From IMG/VR virus record IMGVR_UViG_3300023174_000063: a stretch of 64,000 nt of DNA; one strand, written 5' to 3'. Each line of letters opens with the position of its first letter. The stretch's first letter is position 1. A program made the translations under genes and the position numbers. Below are positions 1 to 9,595 of this stretch, piece by piece. This DNA comes from a virus. Below the pieces are notes generated by a model. That model did not search any database. It was not told where the DNA came from and saw only the letters and a program-made list of their open reading frames with translations.

Positions 1-1284
1 GACGATGTTGAAATTATCGTAAATCAAAAGTCAAAAACTTTTGAAGGACTAGAAGATCGTGCGACTTCCCGCAGTAGTTTAAAGTCTGCCACACAGCGCG
101 CGAAGATCTTCGAGATGAAGTACAAACTATTCAATATTATGCTTGAAAAAGAGATCAAGAACGGTCTCGGAATCAATGAAAAGAAGAAATTTGTACAAAT
201 ATTAGAAACTTTGCAGAAGCAGGCAGCAAAAATCAAGAGCGATGCTATACTTACAGAAGGTAGCTCAAAAATTATTAACAAAATGAATAATCTGATTAAG
301 GAGATGAAAATGTCAAGGAAGCGCGTGAACAATAATGTCTTTGATTTTCTTTTTGAGATGGCAGAAGAAGACGGCATGCCAGTAGAAGGCATGCACGAAG
401 AAGACGAGATGCCCGTCGAAGAAGCCCTCGAGGAAGCCGATGAAAAGGATGAGGGCGAGGGTGAGCCTGATGTCGACAGCGCTATCAAGGCGCTCGAGGA
501 TGCGCTTGCTGCTCTCAAGGGAGAGGGCGGCGATGAAGGCGAGGATGACATGGGCGACCTAGGTGACCTCGGCGGCGAAGGCGAGGATGATGCCGAAGGC
601 GCCGACGAAGGCGAGGACGAAGAGAAGAATGAGAGTCAGGTGTATGAGATCGATGAGTCCGTTCTTCGCCGTGAGCTTCGCCGCATGAAGCGTCTTTCAG
701 AGGTCACAAGTGGCGTTTCCGATCCCAAGTTTACAGCCCGCGCCTTTGGCGATGGCGACGTCGAGGATGAGATGTTCATCGACGTTGATGAGGAGACACT
801 CCTCAATGTTTTGGCCGATGAGCTCGGCCGTGTTAAGTTCAAGGGCGGCCGTATGCACGAGTCTGCCCACAGAAGAGCAGTTTCGCCCCGACGCAACAAT
901 GAGACTGCAGCTCTACGCTCCAAACTGAGAGAGTATGAGACAATGACAGAGTCGATGAAGTCACAGCTTGTTGAGATGAATCTCTTCAATGCGAAGCTTC
1001 TCTACGCCAACAAGTTAATGCAGAACAAGAATCTGACACAGAAGCAGCAGCGAGCAATTGTCGAGGCGCTAGATAATGCCAAGACGCTCCGCGAGGCAAA
1101 GCTTCTTTACAAGAGCCTGACTGAGTCCCTCAACAAGGGTGGCGCACGTTCGCTACAAGAGGGAAGCACACGGACGCTCGGATCGGCTTCCAGATCAACC
1201 CAGTCGGCGCAGGTTCGCCCGACATCCAATGGAGTTGAGGTAGATCGATGGGCAGTTCTTGCAGGCATCGCAAGCAAGAAATAA
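1..1284 (+). CDS. Prohead core/scaffold protein (5'-truncated by the window edge)
   Basis: Frame is open from base 1 (DDVEIIVNQ...), upstream of the track's ATG at 115. Long D/E-rich tract and coiled coil (NLFNAKLLYANKL...). Lies directly upstream of the MCP, like T4 gp22. Confidence 0.75.
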   Translation, partial: DDVEIIVNQKSKTFEGLEDRATSRSSLKSATQRAKIFEMKYKLFNIMLEKEIKNGLGINEKKKFVQILETLQKQAAKIKSDAILTEGSSKIINKMNNLIKEMKMSRKRVNNNVFDFLFEMAEEDGMPVEGMHEEDEMPVEEALEEADEKDEGEGEPDVDSAIKALEDALAALKGEGGDEGEDDMGDLGDLGGEGEDDAEGADEGEDEEKNESQVYEIDESVLRRELRRMKRLSEVTSGVSDPKFTARAFGDGDVEDEMFIDVDEETLLNVLADELGRVKFKGGRMHESAHRRAVSPRRNNETAALRSKLREYETMTESMKSQLVEMNLFNAKLLYANKLMQNKNLTQKQQRAIVEALDNAKTLREAKLLYKSLTESLNKGGARSLQEGSTRTLGSASRSTQSAQVRPTSNGVEVDRWAVLAGIASKK

Positions 1285-1325
1285 AAATCGCTAAACCAAA
1301 ACTACAAGGATTAAGGAGATATATT

Positions 1326-3230
1326 ATGAGTTCATTTTCTTTAGAGCAGCTGTCAGAGGGCATCCGCGAGAGGCACCTCGGCACACAGAACAAGCGACTC
1401 ACAGAGAAGTGGTCGCGCACAGGCCTTCTTCGTGGTCTCGACGGTGTCAACCGTGAGAACATGGCTCGCCTTCTCGAGAACCAGGCAGCACAGGTTCTTC
1501 GTGAGGCTTCAACCCTTTCAACTGGTGGGGGCGCACTCAGCGCTAGCGGAGATATCCGTGGCTTTACCAACGTTGCATTCCCAATCGTTCGCCGCGTCTT
1601 TGGTGGCCTCGTTGCCAACGAGCTCGTGTCGATCCAGCCAATGAGCCTTCCTTCGGGTCTGCTCTTCTACCTCGATTACACCTACGGAACAAACGTTGGT
1701 GGAACAGACCAGGGTAGTACATTTGTGTCAGGATCGTCGATCTACAATAACCCAGTCGGCAAAGGCGTCCAGAGCGGGTCGCTAGCAACAGGAGGTCAAT
1801 ATGACCTCGTTGGAACAACATATTCCAGAGTTCATAAAGCAACACCCGTCGATAACGTAGCTCCGACCAACAAACTATTTGCTTTCTCAGGCACCTCTAC
1901 GATTGTAAAGCCAGACGCAGATACAGCAATTGCTTCGACAGCACACGCTACAGGCACAGATGGTTTGCTGTTGCAGTTTGATCCCCAGATTACAAATCTC
2001 ATCGAGGCAGGTGGTCAATTTGTTTTCTTGGCAGTTCCATTCAATGCAGACAACTTCCCAAATGTAGATTCGACAGCTGTCAAAGGCATTTCTCTTGTTA
2101 AAGATAACGGAGCGGCCGGTTTTGATGCAGTCACAAACCTGGAGACAATTCCTGCAACGATTCAGGCAGGATCAACATTAAATGTTCGTCGTCTAAATCA
2201 GCTTGTAATATTCGATGGTACCTCTGTGACACCTGCACCTCTTGCGACAACAGCAACAGGCAACGCACACGTTCTAATGGTTTTGAAAGGTACCGGCATA
2301 CACAGCGGCGATCAGGGTAAATTTACAGTAACATACCCAGTATCAGATAAATTTGAGGCTGATGCTTCCGGTGGTGACACTCTCGTTATTCCCTCATTTG
2401 AATCATCTGCAGCGGCTCGCCAGCTTGACGCAGAGTCGCCAACAATCCCAGAGATCGACATTAAGATCGAGTCGCTGGCAGTTACGGCTCAGTCACGCAA
2501 GCTCAAGGCACGTTGGTCGCCTGAGCTCGCACAGGACCTGAATGCCTACCACAGCCTTGACGCTGAGGTTGAGCTCACACAGATCCTGTCAGAGCAGATT
2601 GCTCTAGAACTTGACAGAGAGGTTCTCAATGATCTTCTCACGCAGGCAAACGGCGCAAACTACTACTGGTCGCGCGCTCCCGGTCGCTTTGTCAACAAGG
2701 AGACCGGCCGCGAGGTCGAGCGTAACGGTTCACTCAACCCAGGACCCGCCTTCACAGGCACAGTCCGTGAGTGGTACGAGACTCTCGTCGAGACAATTAT
2801 CGACGTTGCCAACACAATTCACCGCAAGACACTGCGTGGTTCGGCGAACTTCATCGTCGTTGGACCCGACGTTGCCACAATCCTCGAGAGCTCGGTTTTC
2901 TACAAGCCCAGCTACACAATCGACGGTGAGGGCCAGGTCTCGTCACCCATGACTCTCGGCACCGAGAAGATTGGTACAGTGTCGAACCGTTTCACAGTCT
3001 ACAAGGACCCCTACTTCCCCCGCAACAAGATCCTTGTTGGTTACAAGGGCGGTAGCTACCTCGAGACAGGCTACGTCTACGCTCCTTACGTTCCTCTCAT
3101 CGTCACACCCACAATCTTCGCGCCAGACGATTTCACACCCCGTAAGGGCGTGATGACACGTTACGGCAAGAAGATGGTCCGCAGCGACTTCTACGGCACT
3201 GTGACACTGATGGACATGAACATTATCTAA
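1326..3230 (+). CDS. gp23: Major capsid protein, T4 gp23 family, with large insertion domain
   Basis: Motifs AFPIVRRVFGGLVANELVSIQPMSLPSGLLFYLD, RKLKARWSPELAQDLNAYHSLDAEVELT, YAPYVPL and PRKGVMTRYG. RBS AAGGAG precedes ATG 1326, so the track start at 1248 is likely too long. Confidence 0.96.
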   Translation: MSSFSLEQLSEGIRERHLGTQNKRLTEKWSRTGLLRGLDGVNRENMARLLENQAAQVLREASTLSTGGGALSASGDIRGFTNVAFPIVRRVFGGLVANELVSIQPMSLPSGLLFYLDYTYGTNVGGTDQGSTFVSGSSIYNNPVGKGVQSGSLATGGQYDLVGTTYSRVHKATPVDNVAPTNKLFAFSGTSTIVKPDADTAIASTAHATGTDGLLLQFDPQITNLIEAGGQFVFLAVPFNADNFPNVDSTAVKGISLVKDNGAAGFDAVTNLETIPATIQAGSTLNVRRLNQLVIFDGTSVTPAPLATTATGNAHVLMVLKGTGIHSGDQGKFTVTYPVSDKFEADASGGDTLVIPSFESSAAARQLDAESPTIPEIDIKIESLAVTAQSRKLKARWSPELAQDLNAYHSLDAEVELTQILSEQIALELDREVLNDLLTQANGANYYWSRAPGRFVNKETGREVERNGSLNPGPAFTGTVREWYETLVETIIDVANTIHRKTLRGSANFIVVGPDVATILESSVFYKPSYTIDGEGQVSSPMTLGTEKIGTVSNRFTVYKDPYFPRNKILVGYKGGSYLETGYVYAPYVPLIVTPTIFAPDDFTPRKGVMTRYGKKMVRSDFYGTVTLMDMNII

Positions 3231-3253
3231 TATTAGATAGTTTCTTGTTCTTA

Positions 3254-3285
3254 AGGGGCAGACACTTTGTGTCTGCCTTTTTTTT
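3254..3285 (+). terminator. Rho-independent terminator after MCP
   Basis: GGCAGACAC-ttt-GTGTCTGCC followed by T8. Confidence 0.85.
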
Positions 3286-3302
3286 AATTCTAGAAAGAAC
3301 AA

Positions 3303-3629
3303 ATGACTCGAAGAAATAGAAATCAACCAAAATTATCTAAAGATCGCTGTGAGATCTGTAACTACGATAGATCTGCAGCAATCAATTTTCATCACATTAT
3401 TCCTAGATGTGATCCTCGATGTACTAATGACAATTATAATCTAGCTGTCGTTTGTCACTCCTGCCATGACTTAATTCACGCCGGTGAAATTACCATTATC
3501 GGTGTTTATTACACGACTGCAGGTAGAAAGCTAATGTGGTTTAAGGATGGTGAAGAGCCTCCATTAGAAAAAGAATTTTGGAGAGTCAAAAATAATCCTC
3601 TAGTTTTAAGAAAAAAATTATCAATTTAG
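3303..3629 (+). CDS. Small HNH endonuclease
   Basis: CEIC...HHIIP...NDNYNLAVVCHSCHDLIH, a Zn-binding HNH signature. Confidence 0.85.
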   Translation: MTRRNRNQPKLSKDRCEICNYDRSAAINFHHIIPRCDPRCTNDNYNLAVVCHSCHDLIHAGEITIIGVYYTTAGRKLMWFKDGEEPPLEKEFWRVKNNPLVLRKKLSI

Positions 3630-3672
3630 ACTTCTACGTTATACTTAAAAACAACGACAATGATTTAGTTTA

Positions 3673-3703
3673 GGGGGCCCTGCTTTGGGCCCCCATTTTT
3701 TTT
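3673..3703 (+). terminator. Rho-independent terminator
   Basis: GGGGGCCC-tgcttt-GGGCCCCC-a-T8. Confidence 0.8.
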
Positions 3704-3775
3704 AAACTTACAATTCGTGTGTGATATTTAATGATTGAATAGTGACGATATTGCTCATTAAGATAAAGGATTTAA

Positions 3776-4684
3776 ATGTCATTTCTTAGCGAATCAAAGG
3801 TTAGAAAAATCATTAGAGGCATTATTCTTAATGAGATTGCCAGATCAGATGGAAGTCTTGATGGTTTTTTAAATGTGCTTAATTCATACAGCAATCATAC
3901 GTGGATATTCTTTGATACGGAGACGACAGGCTTAAGACCGTGGACTCGACAGCCTGGCAAAGAAGGTGGGCCACAACTAACACAGATCGCAGCTATAGCT
4001 GTCAAGCCTGACTGGGGTGCAGACAGCGATGGCAGCAATATACTTGGAACTTTTAATAAAAAAATCAGCTTTACTGATTATACTAGGCGGCTAATGACAA
4101 ATCCCAGTTCTAGAGAGCGTCAAAAGTGGGACGCCAAAGATCAAAAGCTAGGAAAGCGCGCGCTTGGAGATCCTAGAAAACTCTTGAGTATGACATCATA
4201 CGGCGTGAGTCGAGGTAAATTTGATCCAGAGCAGGATGTCATTAATGAATTTTTTAATTTTATTTCAGAATATCCAAACCCACTGCTGGTTGCTCAAAAT
4301 GCAAGTTTTGATATGAGATTTATTAATGTTAGAAGTGGTGGAAAAATGCCTAAACTTCCTGTGCTAGATACACTGACGCTAATCCAGCAGTATCTTTTTC
4401 CAGTTTTGACAGCTGCTGCCTCTTCAAGCAACCCTGATCCTGAAGCTTTACGCCTAATTGAGCTTCTTAAGAATCGCGGAAGACTTTCAGCATCCTTGGG
4501 TAATCTTTCAAAAGCATTTGATATTGAAGCATCAGGCTGGCATGATGCCCTAGAAGATGTTAAAATGTTGATGTCTGTCTACGTTAGAACGATAGAAATA
4601 TTAGAAAATCAAGTGTCAAGCGGCCTAAATGCGCAGGCTCAAATTGGAAAAGCATTGGCAGCTGCGCACAAACGTAAAAATTAA
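3776..4684 (+). CDS. DEDDh (DnaQ/RNase T-like) 3'-5' exonuclease with N-terminal basic helical tag
   Basis: ExoI FFDTETTGL, ExoII AQNASFDMRF, ExoIII WHDALEDV. Confidence 0.85.
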   Translation: MSFLSESKVRKIIRGIILNEIARSDGSLDGFLNVLNSYSNHTWIFFDTETTGLRPWTRQPGKEGGPQLTQIAAIAVKPDWGADSDGSNILGTFNKKISFTDYTRRLMTNPSSRERQKWDAKDQKLGKRALGDPRKLLSMTSYGVSRGKFDPEQDVINEFFNFISEYPNPLLVAQNASFDMRFINVRSGGKMPKLPVLDTLTLIQQYLFPVLTAAASSSNPDPEALRLIELLKNRGRLSASLGNLSKAFDIEASGWHDALEDVKMLMSVYVRTIEILENQVSSGLNAQAQIGKALAAAHKRKN

Positions 4685-4753
4685 CACTCTAAGTATCTAG
4701 ATAATCATACTTAGTTTTACTTAGCATTTTAAGAACAAAAACAGGAGGAAGAT

Positions 4754-5308
4754 ATGAATAATTTGGCACGTAGGCGAGGCAGTAAGAGATTGACAGAGGC
4801 AGCTGTTCAAAAAAAAATTAGAAGAATAATAAGAGAAGAATATCTTAGGTCTACTCCTGAGACTCGCCCAGGCCAATTGATGTCAGAGCACCGCGCTGAG
4901 CTTATTGCTGAACAGCTAGTTGAAGCCGGTTTATGGGCTGCAATTAAAGCTGGAGCATCTTCACTTAAGGGTGCTACAAAATCTTTGGGTGGTGCTGCAC
5001 TCGAGCCCCTAAAGGGTGTAGGACAAGTCGCAGGACAGGTTGCAAAATTGGGTCTAAAAGCCGCTGAAGACATCGGTCAAGCAATTCAAAAAATAGAAGA
5101 TGATGCTGTCAAAGCAGCTGCTCAAGAAGCACAAGCTTCGCTGAAGAAGAGCATTGCAAATTCGGCAAAAAATGCTATTACCAAAGCAGTTCCTGCTCTA
5201 GTAAAGGCTGGCATGGAAACACAAGAAGCCAAAGCATTCGTAGCAGAACTAGTTGCCGCAGAAATGGCTGCACTTACTGCAGGTGCAGACACAACAGCAG
5301 CTAGCTAA
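4754..5308 (+). CDS. Ala-rich helical protein, putative head-internal protein
   Basis: RBS AGGAGG; LTEAAVQKKIRRIIREE leader; ATACTTAG motif at 4707. Confidence 0.55.
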   Translation: MNNLARRRGSKRLTEAAVQKKIRRIIREEYLRSTPETRPGQLMSEHRAELIAEQLVEAGLWAAIKAGASSLKGATKSLGGAALEPLKGVGQVAGQVAKLGLKAAEDIGQAIQKIEDDAVKAAAQEAQASLKKSIANSAKNAITKAVPALVKAGMETQEAKAFVAELVAAEMAALTAGADTTAAS

Positions 5309-5495
5309 TTAACTGCCTAGCTCATCTAGTAGACATTAATGTCTGCGTTTATTAAAATGACAGCTTCTCTGCCAATATGCTGGTCTAATCAAAAGATTGG
5401 TTTGCGTGTCACAGAAAGACAACGGAGCTGCTCTGTGTTAACAATTTGTCGAGATGCTAGATAATCGTGTTATAGAGATATTACTGGGAGAAAAT

Positions 5496-5867
5496 ATGGC
5501 AAAGCTGTCAAATAAAAATTATTTCGGTCGTGCAAAGAGAGAAGATTCAGAGACAATGCAGGCAGTCGCAGAGGATTTAGAAGCTTCTGCAGATAAACTA
5601 GAAGTCTTAACGCTAGTTGACAATTCGACGACCATATCTGAAAATACTGTTGAAAAGGTTGAGTCTGGGTCAGCAGATGTTCGACTAGACGAGACAGCGC
5701 AGCTCATCAAGAGAGTTGGTGAGCTTGAGACTCGAGTTCTCTTGCTTGAAAATAAGCTCAAAACACTAATTAATGTTATTACTGTCGAAATGTCTACGGG
5801 CTTAAAGAAGGGGCCCGAAGGCCTTGCTCGAGCGATTAAGAATTCTGGCGTACTTGATAATTTTTAA
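5496..5867 (+). CDS. Hypothetical coiled-coil protein
   Basis: RBS GGGAG before ATG 5496; heptad segment LIKRVGELETRVLLLENKL. Confidence 0.6.
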   Translation: MAKLSNKNYFGRAKREDSETMQAVAEDLEASADKLEVLTLVDNSTTISENTVEKVESGSADVRLDETAQLIKRVGELETRVLLLENKLKTLINVITVEMSTGLKKGPEGLARAIKNSGVLDNF

Positions 5868-5967
5868 GTTTGTGAATCTTTAAGCACATACTTATTTTCA
5901 AGCCCAGCCTGAGTGAACATCTGATACCGACAGAAGGCTGGAAGCATTCGGTTCAAAGGAGATTCAC

Positions 5968-6366
5968 ATGCCAAAAGTAGTTTATACCCCCAACAAAGGT
6001 CTATACCAGCAGTCAGGAACAAACGTCGGTAGCGCAATGATGGCTTTCGTCCCTGATGTTGCACCGCAAGCTATAACAGTTGCAGGACCAGTTTCACCAT
6101 TATGCTATTATACAAGTATAACAACAGCAGGTGCTAATTATGGAGTTACTCTTGCAGCAGGAAGCGTAGTGGGTCAGCTAAAAAAGATTTTTATGATTGG
6201 CAAAGGTGCCGGCGTTGCAACTTTAACAATTGCAAACATTGCGGGCGGCGACGGCTCCTTTGAATTTAATCAGTTAGGTGACACTTTAGAGCTAATGTGG
6301 AATGGCACAGCTTGGAGAGTTATCGCTTCTTATAATAGCGTGCTTGGCGCGGGTGGTCCTGACTAA
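5968..6366 (+). CDS. Small beta-rich virion protein (possible capsid decoration protein)
   Basis: G/A/T/V-rich, ends FNQLGDTLELMWNGTAW; strong RBS; late-type motif at 5888. Confidence 0.5.
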   Translation: MPKVVYTPNKGLYQQSGTNVGSAMMAFVPDVAPQAITVAGPVSPLCYYTSITTAGANYGVTLAAGSVVGQLKKIFMIGKGAGVATLTIANIAGGDGSFEFNQLGDTLELMWNGTAWRVIASYNSVLGAGGPD

Positions 6367-6405
6367 TTTTAGTTTTGCTATTTGAATAATTTACAAGGAG
6401 CTAAG

Positions 6406-6753
6406 ATGTCATCGCTTAAATCAAAAAAGAATAGAGTAAATCCGCTGGCTAGATTAAATACTAATCCTGAGGTTGTGTTAGAGAGCGCTGAAGATTCTGC
6501 AGTGCTTCATGACCATGACGAGTCTGATCTGCCTAATGAGACGCTCGATGTTGTTGAACATTTAGATCCAGAGCCTGCTGTTTTAGCTCCTCCTGTTGTT
6601 CCTCTTCCCAAAAAAGAGGAATTTTCACCAAAGACCTATAAGGTCGGTGATTCCTATGTAAAGGGAGGCATTAGCGGTGAGGTCATTTTTGTTTCAAAAA
6701 ATATGATCAAAATTGTCGTGAAGGGTGAAGGCGTCAAATTAATTTATATTTAA
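6406..6753 (+). CDS. Hypothetical protein
   Basis: RBS AAGGAG before ATG 6406; small C-terminal beta domain. Confidence 0.6.
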   Translation: MSSLKSKKNRVNPLARLNTNPEVVLESAEDSAVLHDHDESDLPNETLDVVEHLDPEPAVLAPPVVPLPKKEEFSPKTYKVGDSYVKGGISGEVIFVSKNMIKIVVKGEGVKLIYI

Positions 6754-6782
6754 TTTAAGGCACGATCTCTAATTGCGAATTT

Positions 6783-6812
6783 AAACCCGACTCTTTGTCG
6801 GGTTTTTTATTT
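6783..6812 (+). terminator. Rho-independent terminator
   Basis: AAACCCGAC-tcttt-GTCGGGTTT followed by T-tract. Confidence 0.8.
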
Positions 6813-6829
6813 AAACATACTTAGACAAT

Positions 6830-7360
6830 ATGACGATGAATTTTAAAAATGGAAAGTCGTCTGTTGCTAGCAAAGCCGACTCAAAAGCAGTCCAGGATTT
6901 GCTTTCAAATGTCATGAAAAATACAGTGCTTACTGAGCTGCCTTTTCATGTTGAGACATGGATTGTTGATGCGGAATTCTATATCGCAGGCATGACAGGC
7001 AATCCATTCGATGATAGCAGTGCGTCTAGCCTTTTAGATGCATATAGCAGTAAAAGTGTTTGTGAGCTTATGATCGACAAACATAATGATGCATTATTGA
7101 CAGGCAGTAGTGCATTTAGCACAGTGATCGGAAATAAGCAGAAATTTATTTGCTTGACGCGTGTTTTTTATCTGGAAAAAATTGCTTACATTGTGGGCTA
7201 CTCAATTGATTCTAGCGATTTACGTGATATTTATAATCAGTTGCTTAGTATTCGAGAGAAGACATACTCGTTACAGAGCAATGAAAAAATAAGAGTTTCT
7301 GTTGATGCAATTTTGAATTCGAATATCTTTAAGATGTTCATTAAAACTGCAGGAGGTTGA
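6830..7360 (+). CDS. Hypothetical protein, possible PAS-like domain
   Basis: WIVD...HNDALLTG...IAYIVGYSID pattern resembles a PAS strand order; followed by a helical tail. Confidence 0.4.
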   Translation: MTMNFKNGKSSVASKADSKAVQDLLSNVMKNTVLTELPFHVETWIVDAEFYIAGMTGNPFDDSSASSLLDAYSSKSVCELMIDKHNDALLTGSSAFSTVIGNKQKFICLTRVFYLEKIAYIVGYSIDSSDLRDIYNQLLSIREKTYSLQSNEKIRVSVDAILNSNIFKMFIKTAGG

Positions 7361-7362
7361 GT

Positions 7363-7722
7363 ATGTCGTCTGATGATCACCGTGATAGATCTGGAAATTC
7401 AGTTAATACCGATGGGTGGAACGAGTATTCGAGGTTAGTTTTAAAGGAGCTAGAAACATTGGGACACGGCATAGAGAGTCTCAGGAGTGATTTACAGGGT
7501 GTTCGAGGTGATATATCAAAAATACAGGTTCGTTTAGACACTGTTGACGAACTTAAAACATGGAAGAAAAATGTTGAAGAAGTGACATCTGTTACTCAAC
7601 TTAAGGAACTAGTTAAATCAGTGGAAGACTTAAAGTCTTTTAAGATAAAAGCTGTTACAATTTTCACAGTTGTACAGTTTTTAATGGCAGGTAGTGGTCT
7701 ACTAATAAAATACATGGCTTAA
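7363..7722 (+). CDS. Coiled-coil protein with C-terminal transmembrane helix (holin-like)
   Basis: Heptads, then AVTIFTVVQFLMAGSGLLI; RBS GGAGG. Confidence 0.45.
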   Translation: MSSDDHRDRSGNSVNTDGWNEYSRLVLKELETLGHGIESLRSDLQGVRGDISKIQVRLDTVDELKTWKKNVEEVTSVTQLKELVKSVEDLKSFKIKAVTIFTVVQFLMAGSGLLIKYMA

Positions 7723-7768
7723 TCATGAATTTGAAGACGTGGCTCCTATTTAGGGGAAGGAGTTGCAG

Positions 7769-8944
7769 ATGGCAAATTTTAATGAAACATTAAATCCTAC
7801 GCCTTTTGGATTTTTTGATGGCGACAGTGATTTTCAAGTCGAAGCAGACGCAATGGTTACTTTCGTCAAGAGACGACTCGGAGATGACATTTTAAGTGTT
7901 GAATTGACAAAGAAACAAATTTGGGCATGCTTTGAAGAAGCATTTTGCATGTACGGTGCGATTATTAATCAATACCAGGCAAAATCTCAAATGGCCAGCC
8001 TCATGGGATTCGCAACAGGAACTCTTTCAGGCGCAGAGCAGAAGCTGCCAAGAGAGAATTTTGAGTTTGCACTGCGTAGAGCAGAACCCTATTCTATTGA
8101 GGCAGGATTAGGCGGCGCATACAGGACATTGAGCGGATCAATTCAGCTAGTTCCTGGACAGCAAGACTATGATATTTACGAAGAGCTCAAAGACATGAAC
8201 GGCGATCTAATCGTGTCTAGCTCTTTCAACTCACCTACAAAAAAACTAAAAATCCAAGAAGTATTTCATTTCAATCCTTCTGCAGCATACAGATTTTTTG
8301 ACACAACTTCAGCAGTCAACTACCTAAATAATGAATTTAATTTTGAATCTTTTACTCCTGAGACTGTCTTTTATGTGTTGCCTGTATTCGAAGATGTCTT
8401 AAGAGGCGGAATGCTTAGCATGTCTCAACGTGTTAGAAGATCTAATTTTTCTTACAAAGTAACAGGAACAAAGATTAGAATATTTCCAACTCCCATTGAA
8501 GCAACAGCGCTGCCACGAAGATTATGGATTCGTGTCGCTTTCGCTCCTGATCCTTTAAATCCTCCTTTCAAGGATGATTCTATCTACGGAGTTAGCAACC
8601 TCTCAAATGTTCCCTTTGGTAATCTTCTCTATAATAGAATTAATTCTATTGGACGGCAGTGGACTAGACAGTATACTATTGCACTCTGCAAAGAAATCTT
8701 AGGTCTGGTCAGATCAAAATTTTCGACAGTCCCAATTCCAGGGGCTGAAGTTCAATTAAACGGTGCAGATCTTGTTAGTCAGGGTAGAGAAGAGCAAAAA
8801 GATCTTAAGACAGAACTCAAAGAAATGCTTGAATCCTTGACTTACTCTAAGATACTTGAGACAGAAGTTGCTGCAGCTGACAATCTAAACAAGTTGTTAA
8901 AATTTGTCCCTATGCCTAATGGCAAGGCAATTATCGTAGGCTAA
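7769..8944 (+). CDS. Neck/head-tail adaptor protein (T4 gp13-like)
   Basis: RRLGDDILSVEL, QWTRQYTIALCKEILGLVRSKF..VPIPGAEVQLNG; position before the other neck genes. Confidence 0.75.
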   Translation: MANFNETLNPTPFGFFDGDSDFQVEADAMVTFVKRRLGDDILSVELTKKQIWACFEEAFCMYGAIINQYQAKSQMASLMGFATGTLSGAEQKLPRENFEFALRRAEPYSIEAGLGGAYRTLSGSIQLVPGQQDYDIYEELKDMNGDLIVSSSFNSPTKKLKIQEVFHFNPSAAYRFFDTTSAVNYLNNEFNFESFTPETVFYVLPVFEDVLRGGMLSMSQRVRRSNFSYKVTGTKIRIFPTPIEATALPRRLWIRVAFAPDPLNPPFKDDSIYGVSNLSNVPFGNLLYNRINSIGRQWTRQYTIALCKEILGLVRSKFSTVPIPGAEVQLNGADLVSQGREEQKDLKTELKEMLESLTYSKILETEVAAADNLNKLLKFVPMPNGKAIIVG

Positions 8945-8945
8945 A

Positions 8946-9593
8946 ATGGCTAGACTTTTTATAACTCCAAGAGAAATAGATTTTATTTCTGATATTACAA
9001 AAGAGCTCATCAAGGATGTTGCAGGTCAGAAAATTTTCTATTTTAGAATTAGAGAAGACTTGAGCAGCGTGCACGATGTGTATGAAGAATCAAGCGACAA
9101 AGTTTTTGATCCTCCTGTAGAGTTAGAGTCGCTAGTAGAATGGAATCCCAATGAGGTTCGAACCAATCGCTTTGGAAGTGAAGAATATCTTTCAGTTACA
9201 GCGCACATTCATGTTAGAGATGTAATTGATAGAAATATTACAGTAAGAGAAGGCGACTATTTTAGCTATGACTCTGTTTATTATGAAATAACTTCAATCA
9301 TCGTCGAGAAACTCATTTTTGGACAAGTAGAGCATATTTCTGGCTATAAGATCACAGGAAAGCAAGTGAGAGCAGGACAAATTAATATTCGTCCAATCTC
9401 TCCGCTCACAGAAAACACAGACGAGACAGATGCAATTCAAGAGGTTTTTATCCAGCAACGTGGTAATGAGACAAATGAGCTTGGAGTCACCGGTGACAAG
9501 CGCGCGCTCGTTGATCAGGGTAAACTCGATTCTGCGACACCACAAAAAGTTGAAAAAGACGGTATTACATCTTCTTTCTACGGAGATGAATAA
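8946..9593 (+). CDS. Head completion/neck protein (T4 gp14-like)
   Basis: DVYEES..KVFDPPV, EGDYF.Y; synteny. Confidence 0.65.
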   Translation: MARLFITPREIDFISDITKELIKDVAGQKIFYFRIREDLSSVHDVYEESSDKVFDPPVELESLVEWNPNEVRTNRFGSEEYLSVTAHIHVRDVIDRNITVREGDYFSYDSVYYEITSIIVEKLIFGQVEHISGYKITGKQVRAGQINIRPISPLTENTDETDAIQEVFIQQRGNETNELGVTGDKRALVDQGKLDSATPQKVEKDGITSSFYGDE

Positions 9594-9595
9594 AA

